The position numbers and the translations under genes were made by a program. A DNA stretch of 63,927 nt, the filler included, from Choristocarpus tenellus KU-1152 (lineage: Eukaryota > Protista > Phaeophyceae), in assembly GCA_964200185.2 (NCBI GenBank). It is 11 parts of 11 records of this genome, joined end to end, with 100 filler letters (N's around TTAATTAATTAA, not from the genome) between each part and the next. Parts side by side here need not be neighbours in the genome. Positions count along the whole stretch, not along the records: positions 10,744 to 15,684 come from CAXNAD020012448.1; positions 15,785 to 32,072 come from CAXNAD020000847.1; 9 more parts are not named here. One strand, 5' to 3'. Positions 14,301 through 27,100 of the stretch are shown here, in pieces. Under the pieces are notes generated by a model. It was not told where the DNA came from. It saw only the letters and a program-made list of their open reading frames with translations, and made no database searches. Each line of letters opens with the position of its first letter. The stretch's first letter is position 1.

Positions 14301-14411
14301 GATGCACTTGAGACTGGGGTTGGAGAGCTCTTCCTTGACAGCTCTCTGGAGGGTAGTGAATGACTCTGGACCAAAGGCGAACATCGATTCTTCCCACTGA
14401 AGGCGGGTCTC
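11339..14411 (-). CDS. Partial spliced gene: TPR-containing C-terminal region, probably of a MidA/DUF185-type SAM-dependent methyltransferase-TPR protein
   Basis: Four phase-consistent exons: 14411-14229, 13219-13130, 12308-12220 (GC donor) and 11450-11339. They encode ETRLQWEESMFAFGPESFTTLQ...IIRLLRLSHLDPDIFMKF / ...DLRNDAEGVARQWYQLQQ / GKDVSFEVARLMMALKDFGAALHLFQQSS / RLCGKHHVTCHNMGMCHFYLGELSEAQRCFEQSISMNK. The last two exons are TPR-like. The family call rests on recalled motifs (FGPxxF, LLRLSxxDP, DxxFE); the methyltransferase domain itself is not in the contig. Confidence 0.7.
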
Positions 14412-14581
14412 CTACAGCACACAAGGTTTGGGGATTTTTTTTCAACAGATCATCGTATTGCCTTGTCAAATCAATCCCGGCATGGTGAAATCACCTCAAG
14501 ACTAACTTCAACATGCAGGCATTCATGTCCTACAATCACCACCCTAACATGCCATAATAAGAACCTTTCCCTCTCGCTGGA

Positions 14582-14614
14582 GTTAGGGTTAGGGTTAAAA
14601 CCCTAACCCTAACC
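14582..14614. repeat. Interstitial telomere-like repeat, (TTAGGG)n abutting (CCCTAA)n
   Basis: gttagggttagggttaaaaccctaaccctaacc. Other short TTAGGG/CCCTAA tracts near 3010, 13040, 13110, 13460-13515, 15062, 20537, 51978, 55243, 55372, 55487, 58460, 59400, 59770, 60311 and 60737. Confidence 0.85.
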
Positions 14615-15899
14615 TTACATTGGACACATAGAAGAACACAGAGGAAACTAGAGGAAGTACAACCAGTACAACAAAACTTCCGACACATGCAAGCATGCCT
14701 GATATGCAGCAACATGCACGCCTTCCAAGCTCACTGGTCTTCATCGCACTGGCTATCCATACAAGCAGGACACATTGCCAATTTCAATTAGCCCCCTTTC
14801 AATACTTACAAGAAAAATACAAAAAGTGGTACATAAACTTTTCACATCCTTTGCAACAATACATGCACTACTCTGAAGTACTTGGTACCGTGGACGGTCC
14901 AGACTTTTGTATTGTTGGTCACATTCTTTTGTACTGGGGAGAACAGAACAGTCACAAAAGCAAAGGTGACTAAAAAAGGTGACCATGTGCTCATCAGGAG
15001 AATGTAAATTTGAAGAGATGTTTCAGCTATTACAACACCCTTTGTAAGTCCAACCTTTGGATTAGGGTTAGGATTAGGTTTAGGGTTAATTCCCCACCAG
15101 GTAACAGATTACAATATACAAATTGGTTCTATTTATATATATATGTATGTGTACCAGTGGTCCTCTTTTGAAATCAAACGCCGGCGGTGGCATCATTTTC
15201 TGCTCCTCAATTTCAGCCTGATCGCATCAAACTCACACCGGCTATATTCTAGACTTGAGATACAGTATGCAGGCACTAAAAAAAAGGAATCTCCCACAGT
15301 CACAACGTACAAAAAGTACTGCATCGCCTCTTTTCCTCTCTACAAAAACCTTACATCCGTAACTGCCACCAACAGGTTCACAGAGGAAAAACACAGATCA
15401 AGGGACAACAGCTCATGAACGCCATCCTAGTAATACAACAATTTGCATCCTTAACCCAAGGGTATTGAATCCATGACAAACGGGATCCCTTTTTTTTTTT
15501 TTAATCTCTACCGATGATAATTCCCCTTACTGTGTACCAATACTACAAAGTGTAATCTCTCCACACCCCAGACACTTATATCAATAAATTCCCACATTTG
15601 TGTTGCAAACACGACTGTTACACTTATACCAAATAGTACAATCCTCAGCGCCATCAAAAAGAACAGGGTCAAAGTATCTGGGGGNNNNNNNNNNNNNNNN
15701 NNNNNNNNNNNNNNNNNNNNNNNNNNNNTTAATTAATTAANNNNNNNNNNNNNNNNNNNNNNNNNNNNNNNNNNNNNNNNNNNNACGAACGACCAAAGCA
15801 CACCAAAAAGTGAAAATCGAAAAAAGGGTAAAAACGGACGCCGACACCCCCCCCCAGATACTTTGACCCTTACGGGGATCAAGTAGAGGCAGGTAGAAG

Positions 15900-17300
15900 T
15901 AGGCCGTGAGATATGTCGCAAATAAAAGGAGAACCTGAACCAGGTAACAGACATGGGCGCTTCAGCAGATCCAGCAGGAGTGGTACAGAGTGGGGCTGTG
16001 ACTGCGTAACATGGATATACTATTGTTTGGTAGAAGGGTTGAGCTGTGCCAGGAGGTGGTCTGTGCCTAGCTGAGCAAAAATTGGTTACGATATAATCAA
16101 ATACATGTATCTGTGGGGTCTGTATGAAATTGACCTTCAAATTCGTCGATGTGAGATACAGAGGTATCATTGGCAAGGACCCTCCCTCTGTCAGACACAG
16201 TAACAGCTAGTTACGTTCTAGATCAACCATCCCCTCGCTAATGTTCAACTCTGATTGGTTAGAGTACAGGAGGTGAAGAAGGGGAGAATGTTTGACAATA
16301 GCTATAGATACCGATCACCTGGCATCTAGCAATAGTTTCAAATATCTTTGCAGACCACAGGAAACCTATATTAAACCACGGAAGGGCAGTATTTTTGCCG
16401 AGATGGAGTGCACGGTTTTAAATTATTTTATTGTTAGACTAGTGAATGTAGACGACCCCCAAACGAGATTTGCATATGTAGCTTTCTATCTTGTTGCAGA
16501 AGAGAGTCCGTTTTTGGTCAATGCCATGCCCTCAAAATCATACGACAGCATTCACTTTTGTACCATCCTACATGCCAAGGACAAGTAAAGTTCGAGGGAG
16601 GAGCTGGAGTGACGAGAGGTGGAAGTGCAGGATCCTACGCGCTAGAGTAAGGCAAGAATGGACCCAAAACGATTACATGTAATGCAACAACAGTCAATAT
16701 TTTAGACTAGAAGTAGGGTGTTGTATGAGAAGTAGTGCTGAGTGTAATACCTCTGACCATGGGTTGGGATAATCCCGAGGCTAGTTTGTCTTCTTGAAGA
16801 TGCACAGATTGTAGAAGAGGACTTAACTTTGGTTGAAACCATGCCACACAAAGCAATAGATGTTTGTCGTTCCCAGTGCAATGAGGGCTCTCACAAAGTA
16901 GCAGAAAGTGGGTTTGAAGTTATCGTACTAAGGAAACCATTTTTTTTTGGCAACCTAGATACCTCCTGCCACTCAGGATGGACAACTTTGAGGTTGTCGT
17001 TTAAGGCTATGTGGGCACATGGGGGTAAGGGCTTCCCTTCATCAGATCTGGTGCGTGAAAGACATGGTAGGTTGGAGCAAACAGATCAAGAGACTGAGGT
17101 AGGATTGCGTGGCCTACACTCCATTTATGCTGTTGTGTTAGTATCGATGTCTCAAACATTTGTGAAGATGATGCTTTGTCCTTTCCTGAGTGTCCCTGAC
17201 AACAATATCCTCTTGAGTGCAAGGTTCCAGCGGTTCGCATTGCAACTCTATTCATCATAGTTTGTCAAAGCAGAATTTTAACTGAGGAGAGTATTACATG
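15900..17300 (-). mobile_element. Decayed Ty1/Copia RT-RNaseH remnant
   Basis: Minus-strand fragments in Copia order: LFAP, GFNQS, LQRYLK, SRT*LAVTVS, LLDLLKRP. Heavily interrupted. Confidence 0.4.
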
Positions 17301-18520
17301 CACTCAGAATAACATTTTGCTGTATTACTGTGGAGTGATGATCCTATCACGTACTACCGTGTTTCAGTTCCAATGACAATAATGGAACTACTGTCCACTT
17401 TCTGTGGCCAGGATGGGTTACTGCAGTTTGCAATGCTGGAGTGGGTACCGGTTTGGGACTGTACCGGGGGAGAGAGAGGAGTGGAAGACCTAACAGTTAG
17501 TACACACACTACTGTGCACTAGCAGCCCCAGAAGGTAAGGGGTGGTGAAGGGGTTGTACTTATGTTGACTTGTGGGGGCTGTAGTGAGCGGGAAAGAGAA
17601 GGAGAACAAACCACCACAGTCCTGAACAACAGCAAGAGGAAAGGTACTGGTGGGGACTATGTGGTCTGTGACTGGGGAAAAATAGGAGAAACTCCAGTAG
17701 CCATCCACAGCACTCTAGCAGTGTCAGGACGAATGACACAACAGTGTGGTACTGTGCCTGGGTAGCAGGGATATAGTATTGTTATTGTTGTTGGTCATAC
17801 TCTGCATTCTTTAGTTTGGGTGGTGAGGTTTAATAATATATCAGAGAGGGTTATACTGTGCGCCCGTTTGGTTGCACAATCCTTTGTACTTGAATCAAAT
17901 ACATCACGTCATTATCCGCCACTTGTGATGCAGTCCAGCAACTCCTAAGTTACTCATTATCCTGTATTTCATGCAATTACCCAACTAGTCAGTAGTTCCT
18001 TCTGTAAATAGTATGTTCAAACACCTACACGTTCCTCGAGACAATCACTTATTGAGTCTTCGCATGAACTTACACCATCTCTTCATTATTCACCTCATTA
18101 TTTGCTACTCATAGCACAGTGCTGCAACCCCCTAGCTTGTGCAATATTTCCCTATTAAAATAAAATGTACACAGAGAGAAATATTAAAGTACATTACAGC
18201 AAGCCATAGACAGGCACATGCAGTCACCCATCATTTGTGAGCTGCCTATTTCTAGTTTTATTTTCGATTTAAGCCAAATCCCTTACTATGTATGGTACAC
18301 ACCAGCACGACCATTGTCAACTGTGATTGCTACGGGAGGTCTGGTGCAATTATGTGAAGCTCATCCATGTCGTGAAGTTCACGGCAAATATTCCAGATAT
18401 CATGCACTCTGTTTTGCGCGCAAAATTCTGGATTAATTAATAAATTTCCTGCTCCTCTTTTCTTTCACTCCTTACCATTTCCCACGTCACTCTCCACCAC
18501 CTTGAGTATCACTCCTTACT

Positions 18521-18700
18521 GACCCAAAGTATCTGGGGGGGGGGGGTGGTCTACACCAGAGTGTCCATTTAGACCCAAACCAGGAAATGTGAACTTTCAT
18601 TTATCCATCCAATGTATTGAACCAAGTCACCCAAAAATCGCGATAAGAAAAAATTGTCCCCAAATGGACAGCCACCACCCCCCCCCAGATACTCTGACCC
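18521..18700. mobile_element. MITE family A, complete copy (180 bp)
   Basis: Termini GACCCAAAGTATCTGGGGGG / CCCCCCAGATACTCTGACCC, flanked by ACT on both sides. Internal sequence shared with the other family A copies. Confidence 0.85.
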
Positions 18701-18861
18701 ACTATTCCAACGACATTTCACCATCTCCTTTTTCCACCCACCCCTAAACCTAGTGTTTCCAACCACACGACCAACCCATGCTGCCATCAGCATATCCATT
18801 TTCCAAAACATCGCAGCCATCCACATGTTCGCTCCGCTCCAAATTCGTCCACACCACACTC

Positions 18862-19010
18862 TGTTACAAAGCGCTCAGCAAGTTTATTACTACTGTGATG
18901 GGATATGTAGCTCCAATCCACAAGCCTGTAAGGTGAAGACAAGGCTCGTAAAGGACTCCATAAAGGATGAGTCATCAAATATGCTGGATTTTTCACTTCG
19001 ACTCACGTGA
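18862..19010 (+). mobile_element. Partial LTR, same family as 19211-19514
   Basis: Starts TGTTACA. Shares GGATATGTAGCTCCAAT...AGGACTCC...TCAAATATGCTGGAT..TCACTT with the reverse complement of 19385-19490. Confidence 0.6.
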
Positions 19011-19210
19011 TTGGTTTCATTGGGGTATAAATATAAGACTGAACAACCATGCATGGCGTAATGTATGGTCTCATAATTACTGAATAATATACATTAACCG
19101 TCTTCAGCTACTCAAAGACACTTGAAGCATTGGAGTTTATTTCCCTTGTAGAAGTGGATTTATCGTCCAGGAAGCTTTGGGCAACCCCCCCCCGGGGTCA
19201 AAAGGCAGAC

Positions 19211-19514
19211 TGTTACAGGCGATTTGTCTTGATGGCGGTTTCATAAACACCATTATGACCTTGAAGTCCTAGATTTTATATATTTGTACTTCTTGACCAT
19301 TTATTTATTTTTCGTCATTGTGGTTCCCGATTACGATAAGACATCGTAGACCAGTTCCTTTTTATGCGATGATATTGATATTATCCAAGTGAGAGATCCA
19401 GCATATTTGAGGACTTGTGCATCAGGAGTCCTATACGTGCATCAGTATCATCTATAGGCCCATATATTGGAGCTATACATCCTGTGGAGGTGAGTTCAGG
19501 GGTGTGCTGTAACA
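19211..19514 (-). mobile_element. Solo LTR (304 bp)
   Basis: TGTTACA...TGTAACA inverted termini with a perfect 4-bp duplication AGAC on both sides. Both ends match the insertion at 47789-48270. Confidence 0.75.
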
Positions 19515-20179
19515 AGACTGGACCTGCTGCAGAGTTTTTGCTTTGTAGTCGTGCAGTATAGGAGGGGGCTAAGGGGGTCCATTTGTTATGCACCTGACCT
19601 TGACTGCATCTCTTCATCCCTCCCTCCTCTACTAAGGGAAAAATAGTATCACGGTGGTGCAGTAAACATGGGAGATCCTCTGTTTTTGGGAGGTCTCACT
19701 GTCTTTGGAGAAGGGAAAGTTCAAGTAATCTGAGTTTTGTGGGCGGAAGAATTCTGGTTAGTTGGGGGCACAGGGGAAGGGAAGGAACAGAGAGAAGAAT
19801 AAGAATGAGTGAGAAGGGAACGAAGACTAAAGTACTGAGTGGCTAGGAGAGGGAGGAGAGAAGTTAAAGAAATGAGTGGTAGGAGGAGACACAAGGGGAG
19901 AAGGAGTGGTCAACATTGAAAAGATTGCTGAGGGCAAATGGTACAAGATGAGGAGGGTGAGAATATGACAACCTCTAACTCTCCCACCTACCCGCCCTGT
20001 TGCTTGCTCATGACCGATAGGGATGCGGGGAGGGAGAGGAGGTCAAGTTCGGGCGGGGTAGACGTCTTCTAGCTCCTAGGCATGACATGAAGTGGATGAT
20101 GAAGGGGTGTTCTTATATGATTGTGAAGTGGTGTTGAGTGGAGTGGTAACTTGTGTGGGGTTGAAGGTTGGGGGGGGGT

Positions 20180-20395
20180 GACTGGAAATCAGTGATGAAG
20201 GGGTTTTGCCCTGGTTGGTCATCAGATGCGGGGGGTAACTGTAAACCAGTGGTGAAGGGGTTTTGCCCTGGTTGGTCATCAGAGGTAGGCGTTGGCTGGA
20301 AAGCAGTAGTGGTCAAAGGAGTTCGCATTTGTTGGTCATTGCAAAGGGGGGGGAGGATGGCAAAGCAGTGGTGAAGAGTTCGCACTGGGTGGTCT
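20180..20395. repeat. Degenerate tandem repeat, period about 57 bp, about 4 units
   Basis: Recurring AGTGxTGAAGGGGTTTTGCCCTGGTTGGTCATC. The minus frame gives a repeated DDQPGQNPF peptide. Confidence 0.75.
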
Positions 20396-21198
20396 TAAGT
20401 GGGGTTACAATGGGAAGGAAAAGGGAAATGGTTGGATTGCAAACAGAGAATTAAAATAATAATCCAGAATTCGTGAGCAAAACAAACCTCCACGATTGTC
20501 ATACTTTCTTCACTTCAGGTTATTTTTCACACACAGGTTAGGGTTAAGGATGGGGTTAGGGTCAAGGTTAGGGTTTTAGTTAGATTCTCAGGAATGAGTG
20601 TGAAAAAAGTGATAAGGTAGTGGATCCTTAAGAGTTGTTTTTTCCATCTAGGCTAATCACTCATTCGCAATAACCTTTATAATCAATTTTTCTAAAATTC
20701 TCCATGATTGAGATTATTTATCATCATTCAAGAATGAAAGATTTACAACTCAAATAATTTCATTCATTCATGGAACTTCAGAATTGGAATATTAATACAA
20801 ATATATACAACTGACGGTATTTTATTTTCGATTCTGGAAATTCTAAAATAGAATTCGCAAAAAAAAGGAAATGATAACAAATTACTGAGAACTTTAATCT
20901 TTTTCTTGGACATAGTAGGAAGATGTTCATAAAATATGTACAAATTCCAAATCGGATTTGAAGTCAGAATGAGAAAAGTTTAAGAAGAAAACATGGGGAG
21001 AAGGAGTTTTTGGCATGTGTTTCTCCCATGCAATCATGGTAGAATTCTACCCCATTGTTCGCAATAATAGAAGTGTGCTAATTTGACGACTCAGTCATCA
21101 GCCCCGCCCTCCTCAAAATCATTTTATCTAACCACATTTCAGCAATTCTTTTATTGGGTCGCATACCAGAGTAGGTGCGAAGCAGACCGAGAAGTTCC

Positions 21199-24100
21199 AT
21201 GAATCGCTTCTCTTGGAACCACGTGGCTGTGGCAGCAGTTGCGGTGACAGCAACCTTTGGCCTCTATTCGCCAGTCCAGGGAGAGGTTGTTGTCAACCTG
21301 CAGCCGTGTATCATATCTGTTGGGGAACTGGTATGTAGATGTGAAGAAATACGATAGACGACATTCCCTTGGCCATCCGCATTTTTTTTGTCGAACCTGG
21401 TGTTCGGCAAAACTGTATGAGTTGATCCGTTCGTATCTACCACAAACTCCACATAGACCGATGTCAATAGATGACGCGGAAATGCTGAAGGATTGATAGG
21501 TCTTCTTGCTTGCCATGCTTTATCCATTGCGTGGGAGACTTGCCCTCTTTCACGACGCTTGATCCCTCCTTGACCTCACCAGATTCCAGACGTTGGGAAT
21601 GTCTCAGAGTCTTACATTCTCTCGGAGTGGTACAAGGGATTTTGGTCTGCTTCCCAGGTGGGTTACTGGGTATGGGTTACATTCTCTCGGATGCACAGCC
21701 TTTCATAGGAGCCCCACTAAACCAACTCCTCAACTCTCTTGCCTTGTCTCATTGCTCGCATTAATTTAGGTGTCGATAATCAACCCTACAGGAGCATTGG
21801 GCTTGACCAACTCTGACGGGTCCGGGATGTGCGACACCATCTATGTTGGTGTGGCTCCGACTGCTGATCAAAAGACGGAGCTTCAGGACTACTCTAAGAA
21901 TTTCAGGGTAAGTTTGAAATTGATCAGCATTTGTTTTCCAGCGATGTCTAGTGGACGTACAGAGAGAGTGATGGTGCTTGAGTCGTATTCTCGGAACACG
22001 CTCGAACAAATGCGCTCATGCCCCGATGAAAATCGAGCCACATTTGTCAATCTCCTCATTAGCAGCCCTCAAAATACCACACTGATCTTTGTAGGTCAGG
22101 ATTGTGTACTTCGACAATGCCGAAGCGGCGAACGATGCTGAGGTGCAAGGGAGACTGAAGATTAGCCAATACTGGAGCGAACCTCTCTACTCCGAAACGA
22201 CTCCCATCCCTGAGGGGATCAGGTTGACCAGTGAGTGATAACACCGGGAAAAATTTTAGGGAAATCCACTGCACAGCAGTTAAAGGCTTCATGAAAGCCA
22301 AATGCAATGTGTGACTATGTAAGCTTGAGTATGTCATATTGAAGGCTAAGTAATACCGAGTGACGAAATTGAGACCCGATTCTTACGTGCTTACTAGCAG
22401 TAGCATCAGCACAACCACGACCATATTGGTTTGGAGACAATGCCAATCCTTCTTTCAAAACTCGGAATATCTCTTACTTGTTTCTGTGCACATTCTCTGG
22501 ACCCAACTTGTTTTCCTCCGTGCAGCTGCAGGGGAGGCAGACTCACGAGTGTCTCCAGCCAACATGGAGACCAATCCCCAGACACTCAACATTTATACCA
22601 GACCAGTGATCCAATGGGGAACGACTTTTGAGAATGGAGCGGCAACTATTATGTCATCGTAAGAGTTTCACATCATCGCATGGTGATGCTGCTCTTGACT
22701 GCAGTGCAAAGCAGTGTGCCGTTTGGCTCTTACGACCTTCGTTGATTTCTTTGTTTAATTCTTTTTTTTGTCATCTACATCCTTGCCACTATTGACTACA
22801 TTAGCAAGATTGAAACTCTGAATTTGAAGAGGGACCTAACATGCAGAAATTAAGAAGGTGCTGTTGCTGATGTGATTTTACCTCCACCAGCGGCTGCCGC
22901 AGTACAGATGTTCGTTCTGTTCCGTGCATATTTTCCCATGGGTCAACAGGTAGCAGTATCCACACAGTATCTGGTGCGAACCAGTGCCCCTGTTTTGTCA
23001 CATTGAATGCGGTGAACGCGAAATTTTGTGAATGTTAATTCGAGCATCTACGCGTTATATCTGCTCTTCCTTTAGCATCATAGTGTGTTTTGGCAGCAAG
23101 AATCCCCAATCTACTTCAGTCTTACGCATTTGAGTGTGTTTATGGTACACTCATCTACCTCTGCATGTTTCCTTTATCAATATTTGTATGCTCAGAGAAG
23201 CTACTCACTTCTACTCCTATTTTATAACCTTCATCTATTCAACTAGCATCAAATGATACGCACGTCTTCCTCATATTGATCCCTGTTCCATACAACCGTA
23301 TGACAGCTACGTGGATTCAGATGGCAACCTAATGGAGGTCACAAGTGGTGAAAGTACATACCCTTCGGCAGCCGCAGTGGAGTGGATCGGTACAGATGGA
23401 CTGGAGGAGCTTTACTTTTTTCACACAATGGCCTGGTTTGACATGGGCTCATGGGCTTGGGCAAACTATGTCACTGACTGGGCCACCCGGGGAGTATTTC
23501 AGGTGAAGGAAGTATTGACATAAAAGGTTTTGTGTGATGAGTGAGAAATATCTGACTTGGGTTACCCTGTACATTATAGCACAAAAAGAGGCGCGCGTTT
23601 TTTGTTGGCATTCCCATCAAAAAAAGCTGTAAGGCCTTTTGCCTAACCACAGCATTGTGTAAAGGGAGTTAGGGCTCATACCATGGAGAATTTTTACTTT
23701 CTGTGATGTCTGCCCTGCCTCACTTCGATCCAGTAACATACCTAACAACTCCCACACTATTTTATTGGTGTGCTGTTGCTGCAACGTGGGGAAAACTGCC
23801 TCTAGGGTGAGAGACGCTACTACCTTGGTCCTGTTGTGGATGACTTGCTACTGGGTACAAACGTATTTGAGTACAATGGTGACACCAATGAAGGAACTGT
23901 AAGTGTCAAGAGTACTTGTGCTTGTCGAGAACGGTGTGGTGAAAGAAGGGAAGTTTTAAAGTGAAATGCGGTCAAGTGAGCCAAAGTAAACTGTCTGATA
24001 CACAAGCATGGACTGATAAGAAATCAAAATCCAATCATTTTTGCTGATTGCTGTCCTTGTACCCAGTTTTCGTTTTCTTTGTCCCTTAATTGTTACTATC

Positions 24101-27100
24101 AGCGGGAACTTGCCACAGTTGTGACTGATTATGTTTGTCAAGTACCTTTATTAGAGTTACTGTCATAAATATTCATATTAAATGTTGCACTCACAACTGT
24201 CTGCCGCAGTGGAAGGGTGGTGTGTCAAATATTTGACAATATAACGCCTTTGGTCTCCTCCTGCATACACAGTTTTCTCAAATCACTTATAGTCAATATT
24301 TTTACTTGTCATGTGGAGGTAACCTCTTCTTTAGACATATTTACCAAGCCATGATACCATGTCGTACAGGATAGCTAGCCTCTAATACGTGCATTTACTG
24401 CTGTGTTAATGAATTTACCAGGAATACAGGATGTCAGGGACCGACATGGAGACCTTCGCTGCCTTCCAAGACTCTCTGAACACCCAATATGGCTCTGATG
24501 TATTCGTTGACTTTGCCTACAATGGCAACGGTATTCTCACGAAGGTGATCTAAGAATTGCGTTATCCTAAAGTTGTTTAGAAATGCCTGTCAATATTCTC
24601 TCCAAGACAATTCGGCTCACATCCCTCTCTGAACAAGCAGTTATATAGTCGAAAAAAAATGTATTAGTGGCCATGTTGAAGCAGCTAATTATCCATCATG
24701 CTGACATGTGATGTGCAGGTGAACTCTCCCTTTACCCTGACATTTGATGATGCTGACATCGCACTCCGAGCAAAGGGTGTAAAGGTTGATCCTCCCGGTG
24801 AGCAACGTTCTCCTTCCCAACTCTGGCAATTTTCAAGTATCGAAGAGAAAGCTTTATCCGATCACCGAGTTACTCTCAGGCAAAAATATTTCATTTTTTT
24901 GCATTTACACCTCTAAAGTAAGTGATAGGTATACTTGGTATGAAACACTCACCTGCTCATTGCTGTGAAATAGTAAAATAAAGTAACTTCCTATTATTTG
25001 GTCTTCACATATATATGAGGTGGAAGGATAGAAGGGTGAAAAAATGCTCTGTATAAGATCCTGGTCGTAACTGTGTTAGTGCAACTGGACCCCCAGGTTT
25101 TTGTAGGTCTTGCCATGTATATTAAATATTGACATGCGCTCTATGCACTATTTTGTGGTAGGCATCGACAACGTTCATGACTCCACCTGGCTGACAACTG
25201 GCATTCCTGGAATGACTGAGGAGTATGCTGCTGGTAGCTGGGTTTCAGATGATCTTCTAGCTTCAATTCTCACCACAGATATCAAAGAAAAGTTCCATTG
25301 GCAGTCACACACCATGTCTCACCTTGCCAGAGACGCCCTCGGCTTGTCAGACTGCACTATTGAGGATAAGGGTGAGAGGCAATATATCGTTATGGGCTGA
25401 ACAAAGCCAGGCTCAATATGTACGCAGAGAGTGGCACCTTGGTGTTGGTCAGTCAGGGTATTTCCAATTTACTTCTCCACAAATTTGTATGCCTCTCTTA
25501 TCTCTTCTAATGCTATAGGTTGTCCATTGTAACTTGGGCATTTTTTCCAAGCTTGGGATAGCTTAATTCTTCAAGGATATTTATTAATTATTTTCTGAGC
25601 GATATACTTACCAGTCCGATTTTTCGTCTCTCGATTATGTTATTTATCTTCTTCAAAATAGCCAACATTGGAATTGCCCAGCTGTTGGACTTCTACTATG
25701 GCAATGAGAATTTCAACTGGTATTCCATGACCTCCCCTGGCATCACTGGTCTCTTCAACGAGTACTGCCTCACGTGAGTTGATATTGCAGCTCCTGAATC
25801 TCGAGGATTTCAACCAGATTAAATCCAAATCACTCGTTCATCTTCATGTCTGTCTTGCTTTTCTTCGTTTATTTTTTCTTAATAGTGCATCTCTGCTTGT
25901 TCGCAAGATGTATTGATCAAGGTCTCTTACCCAAACTACTGAAACAGCAACTTGTTTTAGGGGTGTGACTATTGTCTGGTTTGGGCCCACCATGTTTGCA
26001 AGCAAAAACTCTCTTCCCTAGAGCTGGTGTTACTGCATAAGTACTCCTTGGTTGTACCAGATCCATTTCACCTGCAGCAGATTGAACCTGAAGCATTTTC
26101 TTGCGTCAAGATCACACACACACACACCTTACTGCACGTTTTCTGTATGACTATTTTAGGAGTGGTGCCAACTCACTTATGACATGCTACCCCGGTGACA
26201 ACACGTACCTGCCGGGCATCACCAATGTCTCCCTTGTCGCTGACAATCGCTACCATCCACTGACGACCACTGTTGACACAAATGGTGAGCCTAAATGTCT
26301 AATTATGTGAACTTATGGGCAAGGAATCTGACCTTGGACAGCTGACCATGAACAGCTTCCACTTGTGGGCATGGGTTATCGATTGTCTTTCTAAGTCTCT
26401 GCATTTTGTTGGTTGAATTCCCAGGAAAGAAGAATGGTAGAAAACAATACCCTCATGACATCTCAATCTGCCCGTGGAGACTGGGCCTAATCAATAGAGT
26501 CTGAGACTTGTCAATAGGGTAATGTGTACTTTTTTTGTGACGCCATACCCCAATGTACATCCGATACGAGGGGTAGTCTCCGAGTGCAATTGCCATCACA
26601 AGAGTGTCAGTTTGAAATCAAAATACTATTTTATCAACTACCTGACATTTTTTTTTAATTATAGCACTCTCCTTGTGTTGTACTGCTTGCCATTCCTCTT
26701 AGGATATGATGGCGCTACAATTGTGCCCCGCTTTGCCACATTTGTCTACTACAACTGTGTCACTCCAGAGGTAAGAGAGGCATCCCTTCCTATACAGCAT
26801 TTTCTACCTTATTCTGTTCTGTTCTAGGGCGCAATTTATCCCTCCACAACCATTTCTTGTAGCAAAGGATGTGTAGCTGGTGACATGCTTGAGTCCTGGG
26901 TGTAAGAAGGATTAAAAAAATTGAGTTTGTACAGGTTGGAGTGCTTTTGATTTCAATAGAGTTCGTATGTTGGGTCTCGTTAAGGTTTGTTAGCTGGGTT
27001 TGGGTTTGTCACCTGTTGTTGCTCTGTTGTCTGTAGGATGTGGGCTTTCACTAGAGTGGCATGGCTTGCAAGAAATGGCATGTCCTGTATTGTAGTGAGA

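Noticed and set aside
18412-18425. 14-bp palindrome TTTTGCGCGCAAAA
   Set aside because: Single occurrence with no supporting context.
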